Positions 46,752 through 60,830 of a stretch of 64,000 bases of DNA are shown here, piece by piece. The stretch spans positions 64,418,001 to 64,482,000 of the forward strand of contig OZ260665.1 in NCBI GenBank assembly GCA_965285935.1. The letters run 5' to 3'. The number at the start of each line of letters is the position of its first letter. The first letter of the stretch is position 1. The DNA is from Ophelia neglecta. Its lineage: Eukaryota. A program made the position numbers and the translations under genes. The notes beneath the pieces are model-generated. The model searched no databases. It was given only the letters and a program-made list of their open reading frames with translations, and was not told the origin of the DNA.

Positions 46752-49363
46752 AGTGGCTGTCCCTCGGGAGGGGGTCCCGCTCCCTACAACAGGAAGTTCT
46801 CTGAAACCATCAGCGCCGTTCAAAAAGTAGCCAGCTAGATGTCCCCGATGTGAGGCTGTCGTCAGGTTACGATCAACTTAAAGTGTAGGGAAGATCATTA
46901 ATCACCAAGGATCACCAACTCCCCGTATTAGGGCGCTCATTGACTGCGGGTGAGAGCGTCAGCAGGTTCGCAGATATTCGATCTGGTGTCAGTGTTTGCC
47001 AAACGGCATAGACAGGAAGTTGAGAAAGGCGACGCCCGTGTTAATATTTACGTTATCGACTGCAGGAGGGCGGCATCAGAGCACCATGAGAGTGGTTACT
47101 CTGTCGACATGTTACTCAAGGTATTGCCACATCTGTTGCTGTGCTTTGTTGAAAAATCTATACACACGACGTGAAAGAACAGATGTCACATCAGCTAGGG
47201 CGACGAGACCAGAGTTTAATGGCCCCAATACAGAAAGCCGGCGACATAAGTAATTTAACCGCCCCAAGTATTACAGACGTCTTAGGTCCACTAGTAAATT
47301 CTGCCGCTAAGGTGCATGGAATTATCAACATTTGAAGTAAAAAGGAATTCGAAATAGACTTAATTTTATTTGTCTACCAAAGAAAGTCACATTTAAAGTA
47401 ATTTATATTTATTACCACAACTTATGTTCATATATTTCCTAATGAAATAGATCCGTGATGAACTCCCTGCACATTTCTTTTGGTGAGAGAAGCCTTCCAG
47501 TCATCAAGCGGATGATTATCCCCTATAGTTACCGATGTGCGAGATCTCACGAACAGCGAAAAGTTATGGATCCGAGACGATCACTAGGTCCGAAAGAACA
47601 CTATGTCAATGTCGCTTGGGTGCATCAATCAGTTTATATAACACAACCAACAATTGAATAGTGGTCATGATCGTCTTTAGGTGCTGCCATGTGAATCGCA
47701 GTCATGTACTTCCGGTAGATGATAGAGTTTGGTTTTAATTGAAATATCTAGTCAAAAAGCACGCATTTCAAATTCAACTTCCTGTTAAGAGGAAAGCGTC
47801 TTTTTCAAGGGGTGTCATTCACGGATTAATGAAACTTTATTTCCATACGCCTCAGAACACGTCTGAACACAAATAATGGAGACTTAGGTCAGGTTCAGTC
47901 ATCAGGAGGTATTAATCGATGTGCACAGCTAATAAACCTCATGGTGCTGTTTTATGGGAAAATCTGACTTGAGTCATGACATTTGAGGCCACACACAAGA
48001 AACATTTAGGCCTACCATCATAGTTTATCCTTCCCTGATTTGTTTAATTTCTGAACATATAATATGAAATTTAAGACTGGTGGTAATCTCTGCAGGACCA
48101 GAAGCTACTTATTTACTTATTTAACCAATTTATTTACTTTATTAATTTAGTTTCTTTAGCCTGGGAATCCCAGCTTACAATGAACACATTTAACGGAATA
48201 TTTTCAAATATATATGTTCAGTATTTACAACATTAACAGGGTTATAAACTTATCAAATGCAAATTGTGTATCCCTAACTGAAATATTTCCAGATGCTTCA
48301 TGCTTCTAAATTAGCAATATTTTCCTATGGAGAAATGCACGCATGTTTTTCACTACCTACTGTCTATAGATCACTGCTTTATATTTATAAAAGGTTGAGT
48401 ACTTAATACTTATTGTAGTGTGATACATGTGTATATGTTTAGGTGGGAGCATACATATAACGTGGCTGTGCTTACTGGTTCCTGATGATTTCGGGCTGAT
48501 TAATCGCACATTTTCTGACTAATGATTTGGCTTTGTCCGCCCGGTATCCACTCTGATGTTTTGAGAAAATGCAAGCGTCTGTGGATATTTCCACCTAGAT
48601 ACTCGATTTTCCTCCACGATATTCGAACGTGCATACACGAAACTCGAAAATTTGGTTCGAAACTCGAGATGTTTATACACAATACCGGCATTTCCTCATT
48701 CGATACTGGAACTTTACTGGTAAAAACTGGAATATATGACTCAAAGTAGATGCTTAGCAACACTCGCACACAAGGTGTGATTATAAGCAGTATAAAACGC
48801 CAATTAAGATTTTATATGTATTATAACCTCATATGTTTAAAAAAAGAGAGTCCGCGAACCAAGCTTAAGAAAGAAATGATTGGTTTATGTATGTCTTTAT
48901 TAATCAAATTCCTCACTATAGGTGAGGCTCTACCTATCATAGTAATATAAAATCAAGAGTTTTGCTAAAGGACGGAACCTCTGGGTCAAAATATAAAATT
49001 ACAACCTTGTATGAAAATACAACCTTATATGAAAAGTTGGAAAATACACATATATTAAGAATAAAATGATTGGTTTTATTTTAAATTGATCATTTCACCA
49101 TGTTCAATCGGTAGACGAGTAGCAAATAAGCGCGAAGTACCTCACTAATTGAGCTTATTTACAATATCATTTACTGAGCGTGCATAACCGACTGATGAAA
49201 ATAATTCATAAAGAACCAGGTAAAAAAGGTTGAAAGAAAACTAGTATAATTTTTAACTGCAGGACATGTTATAAAGAATATGGAAACCTACACATTTATG
49301 CTTAAAAATACAAATAAAAAACCCAGCGATTATTACAATAACGCTTTATAGGGTGTTTTAAAA

Positions 49364-52300
49364 TCATTGGCGACTCTGCTGAGAGAAATGCTGATATTTT
49401 TGTCTTTGTTCGTTGATCGCAATATTTCTGTGAATGTGTGATCTCGTTTTCACATCTCGCGGGAACTCTGTGGCGTTCACAACACATCTACGCTCCTCGT
49501 AGTGTTTAAGAAGGCTGTTCCACATTTTATCACGGCACAAAAGGTTCTTGTTTCCTGTAAGGCATAATGGGAAGAATAAAATTAAATAGAATAACGAAAT
49601 GTACCTGTGATGAGCCCCCCCCCCCCCCCCCCATAACGTTACTTGGCAGGGTGCAAGGAACCTTAACGGCCTGGTTATAAACAATAGCACCGGTGTTTTC
49701 TGCTTTATATCTCGTGTAGACCAAGATGTAGCTCATGCGGGTACTTTTGAAGATGCAATGACCGACAGCGAGGGGTGTGGCTTGAAATTATCATTAATAA
49801 GGGAGAATTTTCTAACAAACTAAATAAATATATAAAGATAGTCTATCACATCACCTTATATTCGTGTCGTTTGGCAAGGCCAACTATCTAGACAATATTT
49901 AACTTACTGGTCGTGTGGGAGTACGGCTTAGCTTAACTTAGGATCGATAAAACACACAATTAGCCCTGAATTAAAACAAATAATGGTAATAGGATGAACA
50001 ACCATCTCACTAATATATCCTCCAGTGTGTTATATCCCTATGTTTACATATTCGTTATGTCAATTAATCATGTTGCTCTTTATGACAGATAATATTTGCC
50101 TCAAATCACTAGGCGATAGTCAGGTTTCTCAAAGCTCTGAGAAAGTTATTAAGTAAATTCCAACCCACCAAGTATTATGAGTCCCCTTCTGGCTCTTGTG
50201 ATGGCAACATTAATCTGATGGTAGTCAATGATAAAACCCATGTTTCGTTTCAACCATCCGACGGATGGTTTCTTCTCGATTTCGTATTGGGGAAGTGACC
50301 GGACGCAGCTCAAAATGACATAGTCCCACTCTTCTCCTGCAAAATAAGGATAGCTTTGCAGTACCTAAAACTTGTCAGAACTGTCCGTCGTGTTAAACAT
50401 GTCAGAACTTATCAATTGCTTATTAAGCGTTTGAAATATATGTTAGCTGGCCAGTTCGAACAAGGCCTAGCATTTAGTATAACATAATGAGGAATTGACA
50501 AATAAAATGCTCACCCTGTGCAGAAACTACTGTGTTAACAGTAGGCTCTATATAGCCACATTCCACGAGTGTCTTGGAGATGTCGGAACACTGGGCTTTA
50601 TACTGGGACAATACAGTAATAAAGCGATATGGGACTTTATGTAAGTTGACCATATCCGAGAATATCCTCACCTGATAATATAAAACCTAATAACTGATTA
50701 TTTTACATATATTTGCGAATGCTAGTTCAAGTCTGTAATATATCTAATTGCATGTTTACACTAAACGGCAGGGATACCAGTAAATAACCCCTTTTTTGAA
50801 AGGCTTCAATTTATATGACTTCAGTGATTTGAGTTTCTATAGACGTTTTTTTGTAAAAAAATCACTTACCGCGTGATCCCTTTCAGCTTCATTGCTCTTT
50901 GACTGCTCGTTTCCGTCTTCAGTGGACACACTTTGTGTCTTCTCGGCTCCCTCCACGTGGCAGAAGACAATTGGACACTCTATGTTCGGCCAGATGTTCA
51001 ATGGTTGACTAGACCACGCACGAGACAACGGCGTCTGAAGTTTTACATTTGCGTAGAACTGCGCTGCAGGAAACTCGACTATCCCAGGATGCTGACAGAT
51101 AACACCACATTTTTAACGAGTGCTATAAATTTTGGAACTTATTCTACGAGTTTTGTGAACTGATTAAGAAAGAACATAAAAACGAGAATTGTGAGCGCAT
51201 TACCATCCTGTATTGCTCTCTGAGAGGTACTGCGTCGTTCTTGTATCGCTCAAAGAGAGACTTTTCCAGTCCAAGTGACTTGGCCACATCATTTTTCACA
51301 ATCGGTCTCAGCTGCTGATGATCGCCAATAAGTACAACTTGCTGGGGTTTGTGTGATACAAGTGGAATGAGAGTTTCCGGTTCCATACACATACCAGCCT
51401 CATCGACGATAATTTGCCGCACTGCAGCATGCTTCACCAGACGAGGGCTGGCACTCGCAGCACATGTACAGAGAATGACCTCATATTTAGCTATCTCCTC
51501 AACCGAAGCATCAGCCACGGTCTTCCTGTAGTCGTCGATCTGTTCATCTGCTACATTTTCTGGGGTTTTTGTGTTTTTTGCAAACAAAATATCATAGTCA
51601 ATGAGTTTCCTGCAGTGACTATTTCCTTCGAGACGAATCAGATGATGCAAGGCGACATCTCTGTGACGCCGCAGAGAGTGCAGGCTGTAGTTTTTGTTCT
51701 GACGAGAGTAAATAGCTGAGTCACGCGGTATAGGAAACTCTTGATTCACCAGTGCATCACTGTACACTCTAAGTATTTTCGGGCACAGCTTCCCAAGGCG
51801 TTCCTTTAAAAAAGCTGGAAGAGAAAATGAAATAAACGTTAAACTGGTGCCCATCTGAGAGCAGGTTAATTACATCCGCACTGATAGAAAAACTGCCACC
51901 TATTAATACAAAAATTGTGACATTGTTGACGTAGGACAATGTTTTACATACTGGTCACGACATCGACAGAGCTGTTAGACGGCCCACAGTAGAGAACCTG
52001 CTGACTCTCTCCTACTCGCTTGGTTATAATTTTATTCAGATGACAATACCAATAGACAAGCTTAATTCCCGTCAATGTCTTTCCGGTTCCTGAAGTAAAA
52101 CAGCGTCAAGACTAATAACTTAACTTTACTTATCTGAAATACTTTTCTTGTTTAACGAAACAAGTTATCGTACCACTGCTAGCTTCTAGATATTAAAGTA
52201 GACGTTATTATCAGGTAATATAAATGAACTCACCGGGTGGGCCTTGAATAAGAGTGAAACGTCTGGAGAGAGCACGTCTTATGGCGCCGGTCTGACTACG

Positions 52301-55300
52301 ATTGTTGCTGGGCAGAGACTTTTTTGAATCCGCCCATGGCACGTCTAAGCTTTCTGGAAGTTTTTGGGCATCCTTGTAATCCACAGAGTCTATATGTATT
52401 GAGAGAATTGGGTTACAAAAAAATCATAGATATATATTCACTAGAAATGGTAGTCACATATACACGCAATTGAATCTAAATAATGCATGGTATTATAAAT
52501 ATAAAAAAGTGCTTAAAACTTTAATACCAGTGGCAGAGATTTTTCTTCCAAGAGCAATGGCTTGGCACAATTCCCTGGCTTCCATTATATTTGATATTGC
52601 CTCTTCCATTCGCCTGTTACGTAATGAAAATGAATAAACTGATATGAAATATAAGAAAGTAACAGAAAATATAATTAGATGCTGTGATCATGAAGCCTGT
52701 ACTCGTTAAATAACTTTTCAGAAACAAAGTTAGAATAATTATCAACAACTTCATCATACAGTCCCGCTCGCGTATTCCGTACGTATTCGGCGTCCGTAGT
52801 ACGGAGACCGTACGCGCAGAATACGCACTCTAAAATCGAACACCGACGGCACCCGTCAGCGTATTAGGGCGTATTATTTGCAGACTTAGAATTTTTCGTA
52901 CGCGTACGGAGCGCGCACCATACGCAGATGTACGTGTGAGTGATCTAGACGCATCACTCCTTATCAAAGTGTATTAACCATCCGCCCATAAACATAGTGC
53001 CCCAAATATATTTCGTTCATTCTGTTGTAGGTTAGCCAGCCATTGAAGGACTTCAGCCGATCATCAGAGGCTGCTATAAAATGAACTAATGAATATATTT
53101 GTTGTTCGTTCTGATAAAGGTTTTCTCTCAAATGCTTAAACATTGTATTTTACATGCCCATTCATTAAGCATACCCATTTTAACATTTTCTTCACCATGG
53201 GCAATCAAACCAGTAACAATATGTTTAATTCTGTGTATTATCAAGTCCGGGAACAAAAACAAGAAGGAAAGACATACCTTTGTGGCAGGGGTTTTGTGAT
53301 AAACTCCACTGAACAGAGGACATTGGTGTTTTGCAGCATGTGAGAGGGCCTTAGGTGTGAAGACTGATGGACCTCAAAGTTAAGGTTGACATCCGTTTCA
53401 TTCTTGAGACTCGCGGAGATAGCAATGGCATGGCCGACCCACGTATCCCTGTCGATATTGGTCAGGCTTCTGTCCGTCTCGCCACGATTCGGGTAACGAC
53501 TCCGGATGCACAGAAAGTCACTCCTCTCATCCTCGTCGTCAGGGTCATCAGTGGACGCCTTTGGGGCCTAGTTAGATGAGATAGAGATCAATTACAGATG
53601 ACATACCTTTTTACAAACTTGTGAAAAGCGCGAGACATTGTAGAACTGCCTGACTTATTAGAAAGCAAGATCTGGGGAATATTAATACTGAATGAATAAA
53701 CTCACGTGAATATGGCGTTCCTTGCAGAATTCTTTATGAAGTGTCAGATTTCCAAAGCAGGTGTCGTTGGTGATGTACATAACGACCGGGACATTGTGTA
53801 CAAGGATGGGATCAGCGGCTGACAATGAGCAAGTGGCTGTTTCCATGGACATGATTGGAAGAAATGTTTCGATGTATTCATTTCCATTTCTGTATTTGAT
53901 TTGAGCAGGCCGCGAAGCTATCTCGGAGAAACAGCGTACTGGATTTCTAGTGTGTTCCAAACAAAAGTGGACCTCTGGAGTTAGCTGCAGTAGTTGTGGC
54001 ATGGGCTGGAGGAGTCCTTCAACCGGTTCCACGGCAATCTGAATCTCCACCACACCGGACCTACTCAATTTCCTGCAAAATTCCACGTGGTGGCGCACTA
54101 TTTTGTCTGGGTATTTCATTTCGGATGTCACTTCCGGGCGGTATCGACTGCTGTCGTGCTGCCTTGCCGAGTCCAGGATATTGGTGATGCGATGCTTGAC
54201 AAGACGTTCTTCATTTGATTCGAGCGTTTCGATGAACTGCCTCCATTCTAATGACGGGACAAGTTTGATACTAGAACCGGGATCCAAATGGACTATTTCG
54301 GTTGCATTTTGTTTTACCCTGGCATGTGGATGAGTAGTCTTGCAGTCATAAATTTTTCTCTGCCACTTAAGGATTACCGTGTCATCGTTTTCAGTAAGTG
54401 GCTTACTGCTCACGCCAAGATGTGGAAATCGCACTGTGCTGTACTGCTTGTTGATCTTAGGAAACCCTGGAAAATGAAGCGTGACTGATCCATCATCGAT
54501 GTCTTTGATGAAACCAACTGTAGAACATGGACGATCAAGAAGGGGTTTTACGGCAACCAGTAATTCAGACTTCTTGTGGAATTTCTTGACATTGGCTTGT
54601 TTGACATTAATTTCAGCACAAATGTCGTCGATCTCAATTTGATTGTATGTGTCAAGGTTGTTGTTGTGGAGTGCCTTTTTGACAAGACGATGCGTGATAA
54701 GGTCGGCATAGCGTCGGATGGGCGATGTGAAATGGACATAGCGAGGTAGTTTGAGCGAGAAGTGACTCGCATCATTTTTATCTGAATGGCAATTGTAATG
54801 TGCTAAACTCTGCGCTGCGTACCATGACACCATTGCCAAAGACTGAGCGGGATGGAGGGTTTCCATCCCCAACATCTGAAGGGCACCCTTGATGTCATCA
54901 TCAGCCAGTCGTAGGCTACATATATCCAAAACCTTGTCAAGAATTGCGATTTTGGGTGGTACTGTCAAGTGTTCCGAATTGATTTCGTTATCTCGGTAAA
55001 ACAAGCTCATTCCGCCAATTGCGCCAAAGCGATCGAGCCAATTCTGCAATTTTGATTCTTGTGGTTTCAACTGGGAGCGTTGTGGGAATCGATCCTGGAA
55101 ATGCTCATGCAAGAATTCGGCCACTTCTCTGTTTGTTCTTAACATGAGCTCCTCGACCATGTAATGCGCTTCTTGTTCCCGAGTATCATCCATTGAGATG
55201 CTAAACATGCTAACCCCTAACCTCTTCGTACGAAGGACGGTAGCCAGTTGTTTCAACAACGTTAACCTCTGAGCAATCTTAGGTTCTACATTGTTGACTA

Positions 55301-58300
55301 GGACCGTTGATCCATCCACTATAGCTTGAACCTTCTTGTAAGTTATGGTGGCATCATTCCTGATCACAGATTCTAGAACATCAGTGGATACAACTTCACC
55401 ATTCTCATCAAACACCATATGAACTGAAAGGGCAAGTCTCTCCTGGTCCTGTAGCAGACTGCAGACACCTTCACCAAGCGACCTTATGAAATAACAAAAA
55501 AGTTTTTTTTCGCCTCTTTCAAACGGATAGTTATTTTTCAAATTAAGGTCAATTAATGTAGAAAACAAATATGTTCTCCCGACCCTTAATTTAGAAGAAC
55601 CGCTCGTTCACCCTGACCTTCGTAGAAGAGAGAGTGTCCAGTAATTACAAACCTTGGTATCATAGGCGCAGCTGCCCCTTTTCCCTTGATGTAATAGGAG
55701 AAGCAACGTTGTCTAGCACTGCTGTCAATGTCGCTCGGCTGATCTATGTAGTGAGAAACATCGGATATATGCACATGTACCTCATACCGGCCATTTGTAA
55801 CCAGCTCTATGGAGATGGCATCGTCTATGTCCTTGCTGTCCTCAGGGTCAATACTGAACGTACATAGGTCACGAAGGTCAATCCGAGTTTTTCTCTCCAG
55901 ATTCATCATTTTCTTGTGGTAAATTTGAACTTTGGGGTCATAGTCTTCGGCATGTTCCTATACAGAGAAATATGATGGCCTTACTGAATTTCACGTTCAC
56001 TCATAAACATTCGACCTTGCGATGAAAAGGCAAGGGACATCAGAAAAACACAACTAACTTAGCACACCTTTGGTAGATGATAGATTCGATTGAGAACATT
56101 CTGGGAGGTGCTGTAGTCGGTTCCCGCCGGTATCACCGCCCTTACAGATCCAAGAGGATACATGCTCTTTGGAGACCACGTCTCGTACTTTACCAGAAAC
56201 AAAACCTGGTCTCGTTGTAAACGGTCCACTCGAACGATCCGTTTAACCTGTTACAAGAAAACAGCAGGTGGCCATGTGGTAAATGCAAGTAGCAAGTGTA
56301 TGGTTTTACAGAAGTGAAAACACAGAGATGTTTATGTCTACTAAATATTAAACTGACATTATTATTGCACAGACTAACCTCGCCCTGCTTGTCATACACC
56401 ACAACAAGTTCATTTTTCTTCTTCGGCCAATTCTTCTGTACTATTCCATCTCGCAGATGAAACTTGGGAGCTGAACCACATAGAGGTCTCATCAGGTTGC
56501 TGCAGTAGTAGCCGACACGACAGACGAATAGCTTGTTGTAACGAGACGACTTCCTGCTCCAAATACCACGGACCCGACCTCGCGTTACTGTACTCTCTTT
56601 GTCAAGTTCTTTAGTCTGGATGGAATGAAAAACATTCATGCTGGTTGAATCTAAGATACGATACTAACATTGCTACTGACACTCATATGCGATCATGGCA
56701 TGTCGGTAGTACATACTAGAATTAAATTTGATAGGTCTGTTGACAATTCACCTACCTGGAGGACTTCAACCACAACTTCGTCACCGTTAAAGCAAGGTCC
56801 GCAATTCATTCTTCCACGTATTTCTATATCTCCCGAGTTATCGAGTGGTCGAGCCACTGCAGAACAAGTTCCCTCCAGGTGGATTACACATACCCGGTAT
56901 GTATCAGGCTCCTTATCTACTCGAAGTGACAGCTCCGAATGTGAAAATAGGTTGTAGTACATGTCTATGTTGCTGTCTTGGGCCTCTAAAATCTCATACT
57001 CATAATCGTTGTCAATGACCTCTTCATCACTTCCGTCAAGACTGTCAAGGTCCGTATCTACCGTAATGTGTCCCGTGTTCGGTAGCCAGTCATTGTTAAA
57101 TGAGCCATCATTTCCGGTAGAAGGGATACTAGTATATCCATTTCTATCAGCGCACTTTTCGAGGAGCTTTGTTTTCCTATTGGGCAAGGCTTTATTTCTT
57201 TCTTGGCTTTGTATTTGCTGTTTGAGCCGTTTAGACTCTTCCACCACGTCATTTTCTGTCACTCCTGTGCCCAAGAGTCCTAGCACCTGTTCCCTGAGGC
57301 GCTCGTCTACGACATCCGTAACGTTGCGTGTAGTCCCCTCTGGACTGCTTATAAAGTGATAGCGTTTATTTTCCCCATCAGATGTTTGGAAAACCATGAC
57401 TTTGTTCTCTTCCCAAGGATGATCCGCCTTGCAGTTGGGCTTATGTTTCTGCTTACGACAAGTTGAAAATGCTTTCCTTTTCAGGCACTCATTGCAGGCA
57501 TATCTAAACTTTCCTCTATATTGTCTTTCAAGTTGTGTCACTAAACTGGTCACTCGGAGGAGAGACCTGCTGAAATCCTGGACAAATTCCGTTAAGTTGA
57601 ATTCCCCGGCCTGGTCTCTTTTCCAAAGAACACGTTCAACGTCGTTGTGAGGAAATGGGCATAAAGTTCTTCGTACACATTTCTCGTGAATTGCAAATTT
57701 TTCGCAGAGCTCATCGCCACCTTTATATTTAGATGGCCTTGGACGGATGGTAAGCAACCGTTTATTCACTTGTGCGGAAATGTCTTTCAGCAATATAACG
57801 TTATGTTGGCAACAATGAGTAGGAAGCGAGCAGTAAACACATCCTATTTTGACTTCATATTGCTGTTGTAGGTCGTTGAGCAAGGCGAGTGATCCTTCTT
57901 TAGCCTTTCGTAGGGAATGCTTTGCTTGTAGTGGAGTTCTTATATTTGTTGCAACTAAAATAAATAGGTTGCATTTATTAACTGTTGATGCAACTTACAG
58001 AAGGCCATAAGTGTTAGCTCTGTTGGTATATTAAAATACTGATAAAAATAGAGTAAAAATGTGAATATGTGAAAATAGGAACTAGAGGTGGAACTCTTCA
58101 TAACAAAGCTTAGATACTTGTGGAATTTACTGATTAAATGTAGGCGTACTTTTTGTACTGGCTAGTGCTGACTTGACTTTTGGTATTTTTTGCTTTGCAG
58201 AAGCACTAGAGGACGCCCCAACCTCATCATCGACCGCTGAGGAAACAGAACTAGATCCTTCTTTAGGTATGTTTTTCACCTTGCATTTTCCCTCTACATA

Positions 58301-60830
58301 ATATTTAATACATATATTATTTATTTCAGATGTTAATTAATCGCGTTTGTGATTGCACATGCGGTAAGAATAGAGTAAAATATTTGAAGGTGTGCTTTAA
58401 TATGAAAATCGCATTCTTTTAAAACCGATTCAATTTTACAAAGGTCGAATTTATATATGCAATTTTCTTACTTGATGTTTTCTTTTTCGTTCTCGATCCG
58501 TGCGACATTCTCTTTCCTCCCTAAAAATTGAAACGATATGACATTTTACTACAAACAAATGCCAAATCTTGAATATTTCTAAATTCCATAGTCTTGAATC
58601 AGAAACACCATTAAACGTATACTACTATGGTTATTAATGATTTGGCCCCTTCTTTGGAAAAACGAGAGAAAGATACTCACCTGTCTCTTCAAATCTGCCA
58701 TTGTTCCTTTAATATAATCATAATCAATGTCATCTTGTGTACAAGTCTTCCGGTCTTCTAAACAATCCAAGGGTGTTTCTTGTGTTTTCAGCACACACTC
58801 GACCTGTTCTTTAAGTTTTTGCAGCTCACTGTCCTATAACCACAGCAAGAAAGAACGTACAAAGAATACCACAATATGCTTTCCATGTAGATTTGATACT
58901 CTTTTCAAACTTTGTGTTTTATCCAAATGAGTCCATTTGATCTCCATAATGAATTATATGAAGCGACTAACCAAGGAACGGAGATGTTGTGCTGCATTGA
59001 GGTGATCCATTGCTTCTCTCATCCAGTTCCTTCCAGTTACAGTTAGGTTCCCATTACAACGCATCTTTGTGAGAACAGCCACTTTGAGAACTTCATAATC
59101 GTCCGTTGCATCCCAATCATTCATTGCTGCAAATTGAGGATACGTTGTGATATTTCTTCTAATCCCCATCTTATTGCTCTCTGTATGACCCTCTTTTTGA
59201 GAGCGCCCCCTATCCAGATAAAATCAAAGGAAGGACTACAAGTTTAGCGATTCTTGGTGTGTTTTGAGAAGGAAGCTATTAATGATAAAAGTCAGTCTCG
59301 AGGCGGCCAAGACTTTATTTCACCATAACTTACCCTTGTCTACTAGCAACAGTGCGTTTCCAATCACAAGTATAGCATCGGGGTTCTATTCGAGTATAAT
59401 ATTGAATTAACTATAAATATCCACTGTGTAAACCAAAGATTAGTAAGACTGCAAAAACAAGAGATATTCATACTAGGAATACACGCGCTCACGCAAGCGC
59501 GCACCGAGCTCGCACGCACACACACACACACCCACCCGACACACACACAAGGAGTTATTGAAATGTCGGAGCCAACAAAATGAAGAGGTGAAGAGGTGTT
59601 AAGTTAAAACCAATGAATTGCCCTAACCTCGGTTATGATGTTATTGGAACACAGCGCGGTTTGTCCGCATGCAGAAGCGATGGCTGAATGTGTCACAAGT
59701 TTGCTACTCATCCTGAACAGAACTTCAGAGAGAAAAATATACTTTTCCCATTGTAGGATGGCAAAATAGTATATTTTCTTCGCCATGAGGAGTTCGGCTA
59801 GTTTCTTACACTCCATGATATAAGCTTCTATCTTCTATTAGACAAATAAAAATATTGGACAATTATAGTGTTTAAATATTTGAAAAAAGGACAGTATCAT
59901 AAATTCGCTGAAGCGTTTATCTACATTACAAATTTACCTCTTTCAGTTTTAATGAATCCATTGGTTTAGGAGATTGTGCTGCATTGAGGAGCAAGGGGCA
60001 GACCACCATAAACTGTTCAGTGTTCTCCGGCAGAAGGCTGAGGTCATAACCACTCAGCTGATTCACTGAAGTAACAAATAAACGAATCTATAAAAGTCAT
60101 TTTAAGGGCTAGAAAACCCATTTAACTATTATATGGGTGTAATCAAGATTCCCAATAGGTTACATTAATCAAATACATACTTATTTCACGATAGTACGAA
60201 TACACGAATATCGCAACGTGTTTGGTACAACCCCAAAAGGCTTTTTGAATATTTTTAAAAGTATTTATAGTAATACGTAGCAACTGACCAGTATCCATTT
60301 CCCGCAGGCTGTCAATTAAATGTCCCTACAACAAATATTTCTATTAATTTCTGGAATATTTCTATTAATAGCACAATCAAGAATGAAAAAGTAGTTTTGA
60401 TTTATTGTGTGATATTATTTCACCTTACCAAGTGAAAGAGCGCCCTAGTGTTAATTAGATGTAGTTGGAGCAGTAAACCGTCTACATCGATGAAATCCGG
60501 TGCGTTAAAAAGCCGCTCCCTCAGATTCCCTAGCACTTCAATGCCTTGTTTGGCGAGGCCCGAGGCATCGGGAAAACGGCCCGAGTTTAATGCGGTGCAA
60601 GCATCTGTTAAACTCGCTTGTGCCTTGTAGAACGCTTCCTCGATCTAAATTTGACAAAGATAAAAAAAAGTGTATATATATATCACATACATATATTGGC
60701 CTGAACTGAACAAAAAATAATACTTTGACCGATTGCTTACTTCAAGTTCTGAAGGAAATTTTCGTCCCTCTGGTCTTTGTTCCAAAAAGCGGACGACATC
60801 GAAGCCAAATCTGCCTAAGACCAGGTCCAT
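49364..60830 (-). CDS. HELZ2: HELZ2-like 3'-5' exoribonuclease (RNB) / UPF1-like SF1 helicase with N-terminal TPR-like and zinc-finger region, ~2315 aa
   Basis: 24 phase-consistent exons: 60830-60741, 60644-60429, 60325-60289, 60065-59938, 59834-59628, 59385-59334, 59126-58972, 58833-58681, 58520-58472, 58293-58150, 57954-56756, 56615-56379, 56247-56068, 55957-55653, 55482-53706, 53567-53278, 52613-52528, 52389-52234, 52089-51952, 51814-51204, 51091-50870, 50671-50515, 50336-50169, 49554-49364. RNB: FSIDPEDSKDIDDAIS, VHISDVS, MVEELML, HFTSPIRRYADL. Helicase: IQGPPGTGKT, CGPSNSSVD, IIVDEAG, LIGDHQQLRP, QYRMHP, SKSN, TVVSAQGEEWD, NVAITRAR. CCCH finger: CEKFAIHEKCVRRTLCPFPH. May be a paralog rather than a strict ortholog. 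Confidence 0.88.
52760..52945. repeat. CpG-rich, quasi-palindromic element (CGTA/TACG motifs) in a HELZ2-like intron; probable MITE remnant
   Basis: Dense CGTACG, CGTATT and AATACG words in both orientations, contrasting with the AT-rich intron; ends are weakly inverted. Confidence 0.5.
59479..59549. repeat. (CA)n/(GCAC)n microsatellite in a HELZ2-like intron
   Basis: ACACGCGCTCACGCAAGCGCGCAC...GCACGCACACACACACACACCCACCCGACACACACAC. Confidence 0.8.

Noticed and set aside
46820-46860. HRGHLAG as a His-Me endonuclease (DRGH) motif
   Set aside because: An isolated match in an ATG-less leader frame with no downstream catalytic Asn motif.
48595-48770. Recurrent ACTCGA/ACTGG words
   Set aside because: No clear period, TIR or TSD; probably a decayed repeat. 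Not CRISPR-like.
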